64,000 nt of DNA from an uncultured Candidatus Saccharibacteria bacterium (GCA_964510435.1 CAZEBU010000002.1:81080-145079), one strand, 5' to 3'; counted from the first letter of the stretch, positions 1 to 8,494 are shown. Made by a program: numbers and translations. Notes: a model not told the origin generated them from the sequence alone.

Positions 1-31
1 TTAGTTTGTTAGAATCGAGGCCGTAGAAATA

Positions 32-256
32 ATGAGTAAAACAACAAAGAAAGTAATATCTAAAGACGGAAAAGTCATCGAAACACTTCAGGCAGGAATG
101 TTCAAAGTAGAGTTAGAGGACGAGACTATTGCTTTAGCTACATTATCTGGTAAAATGCGAAAGTTCCGCATTAGGATATTGGCCGGAGACACAGTAAAGA
201 TCGAGTTTTCTCCCCATGATCTAACTAGAGGTAGGATTACCTATAGATACAGGTAA
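32..256 (+). CDS. infA: translation initiation factor IF-1
   Basis: 74 aa; S1-like IF-1 sequence ([21 protein letters not shown]...[21 protein letters not shown]). Conserved position upstream of rpmJ-rpsM. Confidence 0.9.
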   Translation: MSKTTKKVISKDGKVIETLQAGMFKVELEDETIALATLSGKMRKFRIRILAGDTVKIEFSPHDLTRGRITYRYR

Positions 257-266
257 CCATTTTTAT

Positions 267-383
267 ATGAAGGTACGTGCATCTGTAAAAAAAATGTGCG
301 AAAAGTGCAAAATTATAAGAAGAAAGGGTGTCGTGAGGGTTATTTGCTCAAGAGATCCTAAACATAAACAAAGACAGGGTTGA
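267..383 (+). CDS. rpmJ: 50S ribosomal protein L36
   Basis: 38-aa ORF not in the track (below its size cutoff): [38 protein letters not shown], with the Cys/His zinc-ribbon pattern typical of L36. Lies between infA and rpsM as in most bacteria. Coordinates hand-counted. Confidence 0.85.
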   Translation: MKVRASVKKMCEKCKIIRRKGVVRVICSRDPKHKQRQG

Positions 384-387
384 TTCT

Positions 388-774
388 ATGGCTAGAATTG
401 TAGGCATTAACGTTCCGGATGAAAAAAGAGTAGAAACCGCCCTAACCTATATACACGGCGTGGGGGCAACTATCTCGAAGAAAATACTTGAGAAAACAGG
501 TATTGGTCTTGATACTCGAGTAAAAGATCTCTCTGAAAGCGATCTGGCTAAGATCCAAAGTACTATTGTGGAATTACAGGTTACGGTTGAAGGTGAGCTA
601 AAAAGAATAACTAGACAAAACGTGCGCAGGTTAATGGATATCAAATCTTACAGAGGCCAAAGACACCGAGACGGGCTACCGGCAAGAGGACAGAGTACAA
701 AAAGGAATGCTAGAACCAAGAAAGGTAAAAGGAAGACTGTGGGAGGTCAAAAGAGAAAGTTAGTCAAGAAATAA
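388..774 (+). CDS. rpsM: 30S ribosomal protein S13
   Basis: 128 aa; MARIVGINVPDEKRVETALTYIHGVG... and a basic C-terminus typical of S13. Confidence 0.95.
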   Translation: MARIVGINVPDEKRVETALTYIHGVGATISKKILEKTGIGLDTRVKDLSESDLAKIQSTIVELQVTVEGELKRITRQNVRRLMDIKSYRGQRHRDGLPARGQSTKRNARTKKGKRKTVGGQKRKLVKK

Positions 775-780
775 CAATTT

Positions 781-1170
781 ATGGTAAAACCATCAAAGAG
801 AAAAAAATCCAAAGATAAAATAATTCCTTCTAGCGGGAAGGTACACATCAAGGCTGGTTTTAATAATACGCTAATTACCATTACAGACCCGGACGGCAAC
901 ACTCTTTTTACAGGCAGCGCCGGAAAAGCAGGTTTTAAAGGCTCTCGAAAATCAACCCCCTATGCAGCCACTAAAGCTACTGAAACTATTGCCTCCCAAG
1001 CTCGCAATGCAGGGCTAAAAGAGGTTTCCGTAACGGTAAAAGGTCCCGGATTGGGGAGAATACCTGCTATAAAAGCACTAAAAACTGGAGGCTTACACGT
1101 AATATCAATTTCGGACAGCACACCGGTTCCCCACAACGGTTGCAGACCTAAAAAGAAGAGAAGAGTTTAA
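781..1170 (+). CDS. rpsK: 30S ribosomal protein S11
   Basis: 129 aa; [24 protein letters not shown]...TPYAATKA motif of S11. Confidence 0.95.
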   Translation: MVKPSKRKKSKDKIIPSSGKVHIKAGFNNTLITITDPDGNTLFTGSAGKAGFKGSRKSTPYAATKATETIASQARNAGLKEVSVTVKGPGLGRIPAIKALKTGGLHVISISDSTPVPHNGCRPKKKRRV

Positions 1171-1172
1171 GA

Positions 1173-1784
1173 ATGGCTAGATATAAAGGACCTAAATGTA
1201 GATTGTGCAGAAGAGAAGGCGAAAAATTATATCTTAAAGGTATGAGATGCCACACTGATAAGTGCGCTATTAACAAAAGAAACTACGCGCCCGGTCAACA
1301 TGGAAACTCCCGAAGGAGAAGAAGAAGACCCTCTGACTACGGTAAACAGTTACGAGAAAAGCAGAAAGCAAAAAGAATTTACGGAGTTCTAGAAAGACAA
1401 TTTAAAAAATATGTTGATGATGCGTTGGAAACAAAAGGGGTATCAGGCGAAAAGCTTTTAAAACATTTGGAAACTAGATTTGATAACTTGGTCTTTCGAA
1501 GCGGTTTTGCTGTTTCTCGGGCTCAGGCCAGGCAGTTTATTAGATCAGGGTTTTTTGAGATAAACGGTAAAGTAGCCACCATACCTTCCATGCAACTGCT
1601 AATTAATGATATTATCAAGCCAGTAAATTTCGAAAAGATCCATTTAAGAGAAGGTTTTGTACTTCCTGAATGGCTTGAAGCCAACGTAAAAGAAAAGTAT
1701 GTAAAATTTGTTAGTCTGCCCACATTAGATAATTCACTAGAAAATATCAATGTGCAGTTAATTATTGAATATTATTCTAGATAA
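1173..1784 (+). CDS. rpsD: 30S ribosomal protein S4
   Basis: 203 aa; MARYKGPKCRLCRREGEKLYLKG N-terminus and an S4 RNA-binding domain. Confidence 0.95.
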   Translation: MARYKGPKCRLCRREGEKLYLKGMRCHTDKCAINKRNYAPGQHGNSRRRRRRPSDYGKQLREKQKAKRIYGVLERQFKKYVDDALETKGVSGEKLLKHLETRFDNLVFRSGFAVSRAQARQFIRSGFFEINGKVATIPSMQLLINDIIKPVNFEKIHLREGFVLPEWLEANVKEKYVKFVSLPTLDNSLENINVQLIIEYYSR

Positions 1785-1795
1785 GGAGAATTTTT

Positions 1796-2725
1796 ATGCA
1801 AATTACTTCTAAAGATTTAAAAATTAGAACCATCTCCGAAACAGATACACAAGGTGTATTTGAGTTCGACCCATTACCTAAAGGTTTTGGTCATACCCTA
1901 GGCAATACACTCAGAAGAGTTTTGCTTACTTCAATGGATGGCGCGGCTATTGCGCAAATTAAGGTTGAGGGAGCCAATCACCAGTTCTCAACTCTAGAGG
2001 GAGTAAAAGAGGATTTAGTAGAAATTATTCTAAACTTGAAAAAAGTTCGCCTAAAAAAATTTAGTGACAACCCGGAAGTGGCTATTTTAAAAGCAGAGGG
2101 ACCAGGAGAAGTAACTGCTGAGAAAATCGAATCTACGGCAGATATAGAGGTTATAAACAAAGACTTGCATATAGCTACCTTAGCTAACAAAAAAACTAGA
2201 CTAGAGATCGAACTAATAGTGGAGTCAGGGGTTGGTTACTCCCCTATGGAAGAAAGAAAAACTTCCAAAGTTGGTGTGATCGTCATCGATGCTTTATATT
2301 CTCCGGTAATTAGTGCCAATCTGGAAATTGAGGAGACAAGAGCCGGAGGTAGAACCGACCTTGACAAACTCGTTCTCACGGTGGAAACGGACGGCACGAT
2401 CAAACCTTCCACGGCTGTCTACAAATCCGCAGGTGTTCTTTCCAGGTTCTTTGAAGTATTAGAGAAGTGGGAGCAAGAACCGGAAAAGAAACCGGAAGAC
2501 ATAGAAATTCAGACCGGAGAAGTTTTGAACATTGAGGAGATCCTCGTTGATGAGCTCCCTTTACAAACTCGAACCGTTAACGCACTTAAAAAAGCAGGTG
2601 TTGATACCTTGGCAAAGTTGTCCAAAAAGTCCGAGGAGGAATTAGCTGACATTAAAAACCTTGGTGAGAAATCAATTTCCGAGATCAATAAATTGCTGGT
2701 CAAAGAAGGTCTGAAAGAAAAATGA
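1796..2725 (+). CDS. rpoA: DNA-directed RNA polymerase subunit alpha
   Basis: 309 aa; N-terminal dimerisation domain followed by a C-terminal alpha-CTD (ELPLQTRTVNALKKAGVDTL...). Follows S4 in the alpha operon. Confidence 0.95.
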   Translation: MQITSKDLKIRTISETDTQGVFEFDPLPKGFGHTLGNTLRRVLLTSMDGAAIAQIKVEGANHQFSTLEGVKEDLVEIILNLKKVRLKKFSDNPEVAILKAEGPGEVTAEKIESTADIEVINKDLHIATLANKKTRLEIELIVESGVGYSPMEERKTSKVGVIVIDALYSPVISANLEIEETRAGGRTDLDKLVLTVETDGTIKPSTAVYKSAGVLSRFFEVLEKWEQEPEKKPEDIEIQTGEVLNIEEILVDELPLQTRTVNALKKAGVDTLAKLSKKSEEELADIKNLGEKSISEINKLLVKEGLKEK

Positions 2726-3192
2726 GACACAGAGTCGCTAAAAAGACATTGCAAAGGGACAAGAGTCATAGAGTAGCATTACTAAAAAACCTTTCCACTA
2801 GCCTTATTATCAACGAGAAGGTTATAACAACAGTTTCCAAAGCAAAGTACTTAAGACCTCATATAGAAAAACTTATTACTAAGGCAAAAAAAGGAAATGG
2901 CTTTAACAACGTCAAGTATATGAAAAGCAAGCTTTTCAAAGAAGATGCTGTACGAAAAATCTTGAGTGATTTAGGCCCAAGATTTAGTAAAAGGCCTGGA
3001 GGCTACACCAGAATAATTAAGATCAAGAATAGAGAAGGTGATAATGCTCCCATGGCAAGAATTGAGTTTGTTGAGAAACCAAGAAAAAAGGAGAAAAAGG
3101 TTACTGAAAAGGTAGAAAAGAAATCTGGGAGAAAAATAACAGCTAAGAATGTTAAGAAAAATAAGGCGAAAAATAAGGAAGCTATAAAATGA
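2722..3192 (+). CDS. rplQ: 50S ribosomal protein L17 with Lys-rich C-terminal extension
   Basis: 156 aa; L17 core (RHRVAKKTLQRDKSHRVALLKNL...) plus a ~45-aa K/E-rich tail. Overlaps rpoA by 4 nt. Confidence 0.9.
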   Translation: MRHRVAKKTLQRDKSHRVALLKNLSTSLIINEKVITTVSKAKYLRPHIEKLITKAKKGNGFNNVKYMKSKLFKEDAVRKILSDLGPRFSKRPGGYTRIIKIKNREGDNAPMARIEFVEKPRKKEKKVTEKVEKKSGRKITAKNVKKNKAKNKEAIK

Positions 3193-3605
3193 AAAAGACC
3201 TATATCCCAAGCAAAAATGAGATCAAACAAAACTGGCATTTGATAGATGTAGATAACAAAATCCTCGGCAGAGTAGCTACGGAAATAGCCACATTACTTA
3301 CAGGAAAAAATAAACCAAGCTATACTCCTCATATCAACGTGGGAGATAAAGTGGTGGTGATCAATGCAGAGAAAATTGCAGTGACAGGAAGAAAATTAAC
3401 CCAAAAAAAATATCACAGATTTACAGGCTACCCCAGCGGAATTAAAACCGAGTCTCTGGAAAAACTACTGGAAAGGAAACCTACGGATGTAATTAAAAAA
3501 GCTGTGTGGGGCATGCTTCCAAACAATAAACTTAGAAAAGAGAGAATCATCAATTTACATATCTACAAAGGTGAGGAACATCCACACCAAGGGCAAATAA
3601 AATAA
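3189..3605 (+). CDS. rplM: 50S ribosomal protein L13
   Basis: 138 aa; MKKTYIPSKNEIKQNWHLIDVDNKILGRVATEIA... typical of L13. Overlaps rplQ by 4 nt. Confidence 0.9.
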   Translation: MKKTYIPSKNEIKQNWHLIDVDNKILGRVATEIATLLTGKNKPSYTPHINVGDKVVVINAEKIAVTGRKLTQKKYHRFTGYPSGIKTESLEKLLERKPTDVIKKAVWGMLPNNKLRKERIINLHIYKGEEHPHQGQIK

Positions 3606-3606
3606 T

Positions 3607-4023
3607 ATGGCAAAAGTAGACTCACAAGACAATTTGGTTATGACCTCAGGAAAAAGGAAAACAGCCATCGCCAGAGTATTCCTTTACCGAGAAAAAGGTG
3701 ATATTTTTGTAAATGACAAAAAGATTGATGATTACTTTACCAAAGAAATTGAACATATTGCTTGGAAAAAACCCTTTCACATCATAGGTGTTTCACATCC
3801 TGATACTCAGTTTAGAGGTACCATTAAAGTTTTTGGTTCAGGGAAATCAGCCCAACTTGATGCAATAACACACGGAATCTCCAGAGCGTTAGCCAAAATG
3901 GACGACGAATATAGGACAGCGCTAGGAAAAGCCGGTTTATTGACCAGAGATCCCCGAATGGTGGAACGAAAAAAGTATTATTTAAGAAAAGCTAGGAAAC
4001 GTCCACAGTATTCAAAGAGATAA
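3607..4023 (+). CDS. rpsI: 30S ribosomal protein S9
   Basis: 138 aa; the C-terminus ...RKARKRPQYSKR is diagnostic of S9. Confidence 0.9.
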   Translation: MAKVDSQDNLVMTSGKRKTAIARVFLYREKGDIFVNDKKIDDYFTKEIEHIAWKKPFHIIGVSHPDTQFRGTIKVFGSGKSAQLDAITHGISRALAKMDDEYRTALGKAGLLTRDPRMVERKKYYLRKARKRPQYSKR

Positions 4024-4299
4024 CCTATCCTTTAACAACTCTTTTAAATGTAGTAATTCACTTTCTATATTATTAATCTTTGATCTCAACTCGTACTTAT
4101 GGACATCATTCATATTAACAATAGGTGTATTGTAGATCGAGGAAATCTTATCCAAAACTTTTAAAGGAGGGCTTGTTCTCCCCCTCTCATAAGCAGAAAT
4201 AGTTTTCCCGGAAAGTCCTATTCTCTTAGCAAAACGATCCTGGGAAAGATTGTAACCATCTCTTATTTTCTTTATTTTTTTTCCAATATGTTCGGGCAT
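4012..4299 (-). CDS. XRE-family helix-turn-helix transcriptional regulator
   Basis: 95 aa; N-terminal HTH_3 pattern (IKKIRDGYNLSQDRFAKRIGLSGKTISAYERGRTSP). Divergent from the RadC-like gene. Confidence 0.7.
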   Translation of the reverse strand: MPEHIGKKIKKIRDGYNLSQDRFAKRIGLSGKTISAYERGRTSPPLKVLDKISSIYNTPIVNMNDVHKYELRSKINNIESELLHLKELLKDRLSL

Positions 4300-4328
4300 G
4301 GCAGTTATCTAAATTAATTAGAAACTAA

Positions 4329-4366
4329 CATATTGTAACAAGTATTGCAATAACCTATATTGCATA
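4329..4366. promoter_or_regulatory. divergent promoter/operator region with three TATTG(Y)AA direct repeats
   Basis: tattgtaa (about 4331), tattgcaa (about 4343) and tattgcat (about 4358), spaced 12-15 bp apart in the 68-bp gap between the XRE gene and the RadC-like gene. attgcaat is itself palindromic. Confidence 0.35.
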
Positions 4367-4367
4367 T

Positions 4368-5084
4368 ATGTACGGAAAACTGACCTTAAGGGATTTCGAT
4401 AAGGGAAATCAGCCTCGCGAAAGACTCGTAAATAAAGGCTCGGAAGCTCTTTCAGATGTTGAGCTGATGGCCATAATATTAAGATCCGGAGGAAAACACA
4501 AATCAGTTTTGGATATTTCCTACGAACTGCTAAAAAAACACGGCAACCTGGTTAATATATTCCAATGTGATCTGGAACAGCTGGCAAAGGAGAAGTACAT
4601 CGGGCGAGTGAAAGCCATAACTATAATAGCTGTCTTAGAAATATCTAAAAGAATACATTTGGCAAATAAGAAAGAGTATAGGTACATTCACAAACCCAAA
4701 GATGCCTTCCAAATAGTAAAGAAAGAACTTTTTGGTAAACGGCAAGAACATCTTTACTTAATTTCTCTTGATACTAGAAAGAGGTTTCTTTCTAAGGATC
4801 TGATCTGTATCGGATCTGTTAATGAAACGTTGATTCCTGTTAGGGAAATAATACAAAAAGCATTACTAAAGGACGCCGTCAATATTATCCTTGTGCATAA
4901 CCACCCCTCTAAGGATCCCAGTCCCAGTAAGGAGGATCTAGTAATTACCGAAAAAATTGCAAAAGCATGCCAACTAACCGGTTTGTCGCTTTTGGATCAC
5001 ATTATTACGGCTGACAATGAGTTTGCTAGTATAAAAAGTCTAGATTTATTTAATAGTGAAAAGTTAAGCAATGAAAGGAGGTGA
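4368..5084 (+). CDS. radC: RadC-like JAB-domain protein (UPF0758)
   Basis: 238 aa; N-terminal HhH-like region and a C-terminal JAB/MPN domain with HNHPSxxxxPSxxD (HNHPSKDPSPSKED). Confidence 0.85.
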   Translation: MYGKLTLRDFDKGNQPRERLVNKGSEALSDVELMAIILRSGGKHKSVLDISYELLKKHGNLVNIFQCDLEQLAKEKYIGRVKAITIIAVLEISKRIHLANKKEYRYIHKPKDAFQIVKKELFGKRQEHLYLISLDTRKRFLSKDLICIGSVNETLIPVREIIQKALLKDAVNIILVHNHPSKDPSPSKEDLVITEKIAKACQLTGLSLLDHIITADNEFASIKSLDLFNSEKLSNERR

Positions 5085-5088
5085 AGAA

Positions 5089-5220
5089 ATGAAAACAAAG
5101 TTAATTGTGATTTCCAGTTTGGCAATCTTAATACTAATTCTGGCCGGTGTGTCGTGGGCTGCATTCGGAGATAGAAGTAAGATCTTAGGGAGCAGTTTTT
5201 CTGTGGGGAGTGTTACCTAA
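5089..5220 (+). CDS. small predicted signal-peptide/membrane peptide (43 aa)
   Basis: ATG 4 nt after the radC stop, preceded by a ggaggtgaag RBS. Encodes MKTKLIVISSLAILILILAGVSWAAFGDRSKILGSSFSVGSVT. Hand-counted; overlaps the 3' end of the convergent ORF 5185-5598. Confidence 0.35.
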   Translation: MKTKLIVISSLAILILILAGVSWAAFGDRSKILGSSFSVGSVT

Positions 5221-5598
5221 TTCAATAGTAGATACCTTTATCTCCCCATCAATCAAAATATGGTCTTTATAGACAACAAGTTTCTTTACCCTAGACCTCA
5301 GTAGTTCTCTTTTTAGTAGACCAGATGCATTTCCCTCCCTTATTAGTTCATTGTACTTATCAATAAACTCCTCTCTGGCTTTTGTTAACGCGCTTTTCCT
5401 AACTTTGAAAATTTTAAATTCTCCCAATTCACCTTTTCTTTCTCCTAGCTGTGTGGATAGAGACTCACGTTCTTTACTAATTTCTTTCAGTTTAGTATCA
5501 AGGAGGTCTTCTCTAAATCTCTTTTTTACAAATTCCTCAACAGGGTAAGTACAATCAAATAGGAATAAGTGTGTCGAGATGAAGATTATAGGGTACAC
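5185..5598 (-). CDS. hypothetical coiled-coil protein
   Basis: 137-aa ORF, charged and helical (KLKEISKERESLSTQLGERKGELGEF...). I recognise no family. Confidence 0.4.
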   Translation of the reverse strand: MYPIIFISTHLFLFDCTYPVEEFVKKRFREDLLDTKLKEISKERESLSTQLGERKGELGEFKIFKVRKSALTKAREEFIDKYNELIREGNASGLLKRELLRSRVKKLVVYKDHILIDGEIKVSTIELGNTPHRKTAP

Positions 5599-5724
5599 GA
5601 AACTAGAAAATATCTCAAAAAAACAGCTTTAAACGTCGTTTAATAAATGATATACGACATGCTCACAAATAGTTCTTTTATAGATAAGCTGATTTTAGTG
5701 CTAGTGAGGTTATAATCGTGTTTT

Positions 5725-6441
5725 TTATGATACTGGCTTAATAACATCAGCATATGGTGCAACAAATTGAGTACCTTCATCGGAGACAATTGGTGTTTCT
5801 TCTTTAATCGTTTTCCTGTTTTCTTCAGCAAGTTCCTGCTTAGAAATATCATAGTAAATCTCTCCTCCACTTTTAAGGTAATCACTTTTAACTTTTTTAT
5901 CACTTATATCGATAATGATTTTAACCTTTGATAGAAGATCAAGAGATAAAATGTCTGCCTTTTTACACTTCTTTTGTAGATTACCAATGTGCACGCTGTA
6001 GACATCCAGTAGGCTTTCGTTTACTTCTTTATCTTTAAGCGAGGTCATTATTGCATTTACTTCTTCTTCAAGATATTGGGTATCAGAGTTTATAGTCTCT
6101 ATTAAAGAATACAAATTTGAGTAATCATTAATGATATCAATACTCAGAATTTTAAGGCTTAAACCTGAGCTTAAAAATAATTTATAAAACCTGAGCATAA
6201 GTCTAATTACATTATCTTCATGATCGAAGGAAGCTTCTAAAGTTCTTAGGTTTCTGGACATATTTACTCGTAGTGGTATTAGCTCGTGTTCAATTTGGAC
6301 AATTGTGTTCCTATGATCAATATACTTATCTCTACGTAATTCTCTTAAGCGTCTTTTAGATTCAAAGTGATCTGACCATATACCAGCAAATAAACCACCT
6401 GAAAAAGCTGATAATAATATTAATATGGCATCTTCCTTCAT
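5725..6441 (-). CDS. hypothetical membrane-anchored protein
   Basis: 238 aa; one N-terminal TM helix (AILILLSAFSGGLFAGIW) then a helical soluble domain. I recognise no family. Confidence 0.5.
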   Translation of the reverse strand: MKEDAILILLSAFSGGLFAGIWSDHFESKRRLRELRRDKYIDHRNTIVQIEHELIPLRVNMSRNLRTLEASFDHEDNVIRLMLRFYKLFLSSGLSLKILSIDIINDYSNLYSLIETINSDTQYLEEEVNAIMTSLKDKEVNESLLDVYSVHIGNLQKKCKKADILSLDLLSKVKIIIDISDKKVKSDYLKSGGEIYYDISKQELAEENRKTIKEETPIVSDEGTQFVAPYADVIKPVS

Positions 6442-6527
6442 ATATGTATATTATATGTCAGTTTAGTTGTAATATATCCTTACAGGCACCACGCTAGTTC
6501 ATTAATGCAACAATAGTGATTGTGGTA

Positions 6528-6556
6528 TTTACAAAATTATAAATGGTTGCTAAAAT
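6528..6556 (+). promoter_or_regulatory. sigma70-like promoter (-35 TTTACA, 17-nt spacer, extended -10 TGcTAAAAT)
   Basis: tttaca at 6528-6533 and tgctaaaat at 6548-6556. The predicted transcription start is near 6563, at the base of a structured region. Confidence 0.45.
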
Positions 6557-6562
6557 GTAAGC

Positions 6563-6655
6563 GTGCTAGTCGGGCGAAAGCCCTTCTTCAGCTAAGACAT
6601 GTCTAAGCCGAGAGACTAGCACACTAAGAGCGCCTTTTCTGGCGCTTCTTTTTAT
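6563..6655 (+). ncRNA. candidate small RNA with a three-way-junction fold, ending in an intrinsic terminator
   Basis: A 9-bp outer stem gtgctagtc/gactagcac (6563-6571 / 6614-6622) encloses hairpins gggcGAAAgccc and gctaagacatgtctaagc. A GC stem agagcgcc..ggcgct (6627-6647) plus a cUUUUUaUU tract follows. Sits directly downstream of the promoter above and is antisense to the last ~11 codons of ORF 6624-7061. Confidence 0.4.
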
Positions 6656-7061
6656 TAGATTTCATTTTATTCTTATTCATAACACTTCCAAGTTTGTAAA
6701 TATTGTTATAGATTCCTATTTTTTCAACGACTACTTTTATCTTCATTCTTGGGGATACTGGATGAATAAGCTCATAACTTATAAGGTCTTTCATCTTACC
6801 CTTATATTTTTTCTTTCTCCTTCTTATTTCTGAAATACTCTCACAATTTTCAATGACCTCTGGTGCGTATTGTAAACACCTAAGTCTCATATATTGATCG
6901 CTAATATTTCTAGGCATTCTATTTGAGTCGTAAATGAGATGATTAAATCCTTCTGATGTGAAATGAACGTCAGATTTTAGAACAGGACAATAAACCTTTT
7001 TAATTTTTTTGTAGTCTTTACGCTTTTCTTCAATTAATTTCTGTATATCTTTCGTGATCAA
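6624..7061 (-). CDS. hypothetical highly basic protein
   Basis: 145 aa; a cysteine-containing N-terminal half and an extremely K/R-rich C-terminus (KNKMKSNKKKRQKRRS). No family recognised. Confidence 0.45.
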   Translation of the reverse strand: MITKDIQKLIEEKRKDYKKIKKVYCPVLKSDVHFTSEGFNHLIYDSNRMPRNISDQYMRLRCLQYAPEVIENCESISEIRRRKKKYKGKMKDLISYELIHPVSPRMKIKVVVEKIGIYNNIYKLGSVMNKNKMKSNKKKRQKRRS

Positions 7062-7313
7062 TTATCTGTCTTTCTTATAGTACTTTTATAAAACAATAAG
7101 CTGGTCTACTACCAATCCCTTGCTTTTTTAACGGTAACTCTCTTTAGAAATTCCTGCAAAAGTCGCTATTTTGCGCCCATAAAGTAGCACTCCAAGGTCT
7201 TAGGTGTCAAGTGGTGATTTTCTAGGTACGCGCAACAATTAAACATAACATCCAGGAGTCCCGTTAAATTTATTGTAAGCAAGCTTTTATAACCATCGAT
7301 AGTGGTATATACC

Positions 7314-7814
7314 TCACTCCGAGTTTATATTTTGCCAAAATATCTTTGGGTGGGGATATCCACCATAAATGGCGGCACTCTTATAAGCCTTTTTTACATT
7401 CTTTAAACCCTGCGTAGTCAAAACTTTGGTTAAACGCCCCCTGTACAGTTCTCTCGAAAGCTTTGGTTTAAACACAGGCATGCAAATCCAGTCCAGTATT
7501 TCCTCAATCAATGTATGCTCTTCATCCCTAAGATTTCCTGCTTTAATAGAGTAGCCTTTATTAGTCTTTTCAGTTTTATCACTATATATAGTCTTGTTAG
7601 AGTTCATCCTGTGGTACGTTCTATGGGGAATCTTTGATTCATTCTGTGGTGCAAATCCAATCACAGAGTCCACTTCATTTATCGTTACAACAGTTCCCTT
7701 TCTTGAAGGGCTCTGCTCTATTAACTGGTACACGTTTTCTAGTCTTTTAAGTGCCTTGCCTACAGTTCTGTGGTCACATCCAAACTCTCTGGCTATTTCT
7801 CTCCAACCACACAC
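7314..7814 (-). CDS. N-terminal HTH-domain protein (possible mobile-element or phage remnant)
   Basis: 166 aa with a GTG start. Residues 5-25 (REIAREFGCDHRTVGKALKRL) form a classic HTH like those of transposase OrfA or terminase small subunits. An in-frame stop lies 2 codons upstream, so the N-terminus is intact. Confidence 0.45.
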   Translation of the reverse strand: MCGWREIAREFGCDHRTVGKALKRLENVYQLIEQSPSRKGTVVTINEVDSVIGFAPQNESKIPHRTYHRMNSNKTIYSDKTEKTNKGYSIKAGNLRDEEHTLIEEILDWICMPVFKPKLSRELYRGRLTKVLTTQGLKNVKKAYKSAAIYGGYPHPKIFWQNINSE

Positions 7815-8000
7815 GCACTACCCACGTTTTAGGGTGTATACCTTACCCGCACTTTTAACAGCACCAGCTGAAATTCTTGTTCTAAGAAGTAAAAGGGTAT
7901 AAATATGCTTAGCTAGATAGTCTTCCCCAAATACACTATTTAAATTCGAGGGAATTGGGATTTTATAACTTGATTTAATTATGTCAATATTATTCATCTA

Positions 8001-8189
8001 TCAACTCTTCTCGGTCAAAATAATGTACCCCTTTCCCAAACATGCGTGGCACACTCTTCTATCAAAGGAAACAGTCCCAAACCCATTACAGACCAGGCAT
8101 TTATGCGGTTTTAAATCATTTCTATTTTTCATCGTTTTATCCATCTTTTTTATTTCGCTTTCAACAAAAAGGCTGACATATACACCCAA
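8001..8189 (-). CDS. small zinc-ribbon protein (CxxC...CxxC)
   Basis: 62 aa; KCLVCNGFGTVSFDRRVCHACLGKG carries two CxxC pairs. Could be a real small protein or spurious. Confidence 0.3.
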   Translation of the reverse strand: MGVYVSLFVESEIKKMDKTMKNRNDLKPHKCLVCNGFGTVSFDRRVCHACLGKGYIILTEKS

Positions 8190-8494
8190 TTCCTTGGATA
8201 GATATACCGGCTTTTCAGCAGGAACTCTGCTGTCACCTTTTTTACTGCAGCATTATAGACATGTTTTTTAAGTTTATGCAAATGCCGTATTTTGCTTTAA
8301 CCACAGTAAATCATAAAATATATTATTTTAAAATATTTCAAGATTAATAATTTTTTAATTTTTGGGAAGTACGATGTTGGAATGAAAAATACAAGGAAAC
8401 TCCTTAAGTTAATTGATTTACTAGCTCACCTAAACAAGAAAACAGGTAAAAGATACTATGTTTTAGTAACAATAGATGGTTCCTGGTAAAGAAA

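Noticed and set aside
447-644. Numerous antisense or out-of-frame ORFs of 60-190 aa inside well-supported genes (for example 447-644, 1523-1750, 17421-17786, 18144-18716, 24507-24905, 25296-25856, 29094-29315, 30326-30820, 35692-36261, 46763-47062, 51383-51736)
   Set aside because: Low-complexity S/P/L-rich translations with no motifs. Each is fully embedded in a confidently identified gene on the other strand or frame, so they are spurious.
7594-7902. Plus-strand ORF 7594-7902 (102 aa) overlapping the HTH-protein gene
   Set aside because: Antisense to a better-supported ORF with an HTH motif; hydrophobic junk translation.
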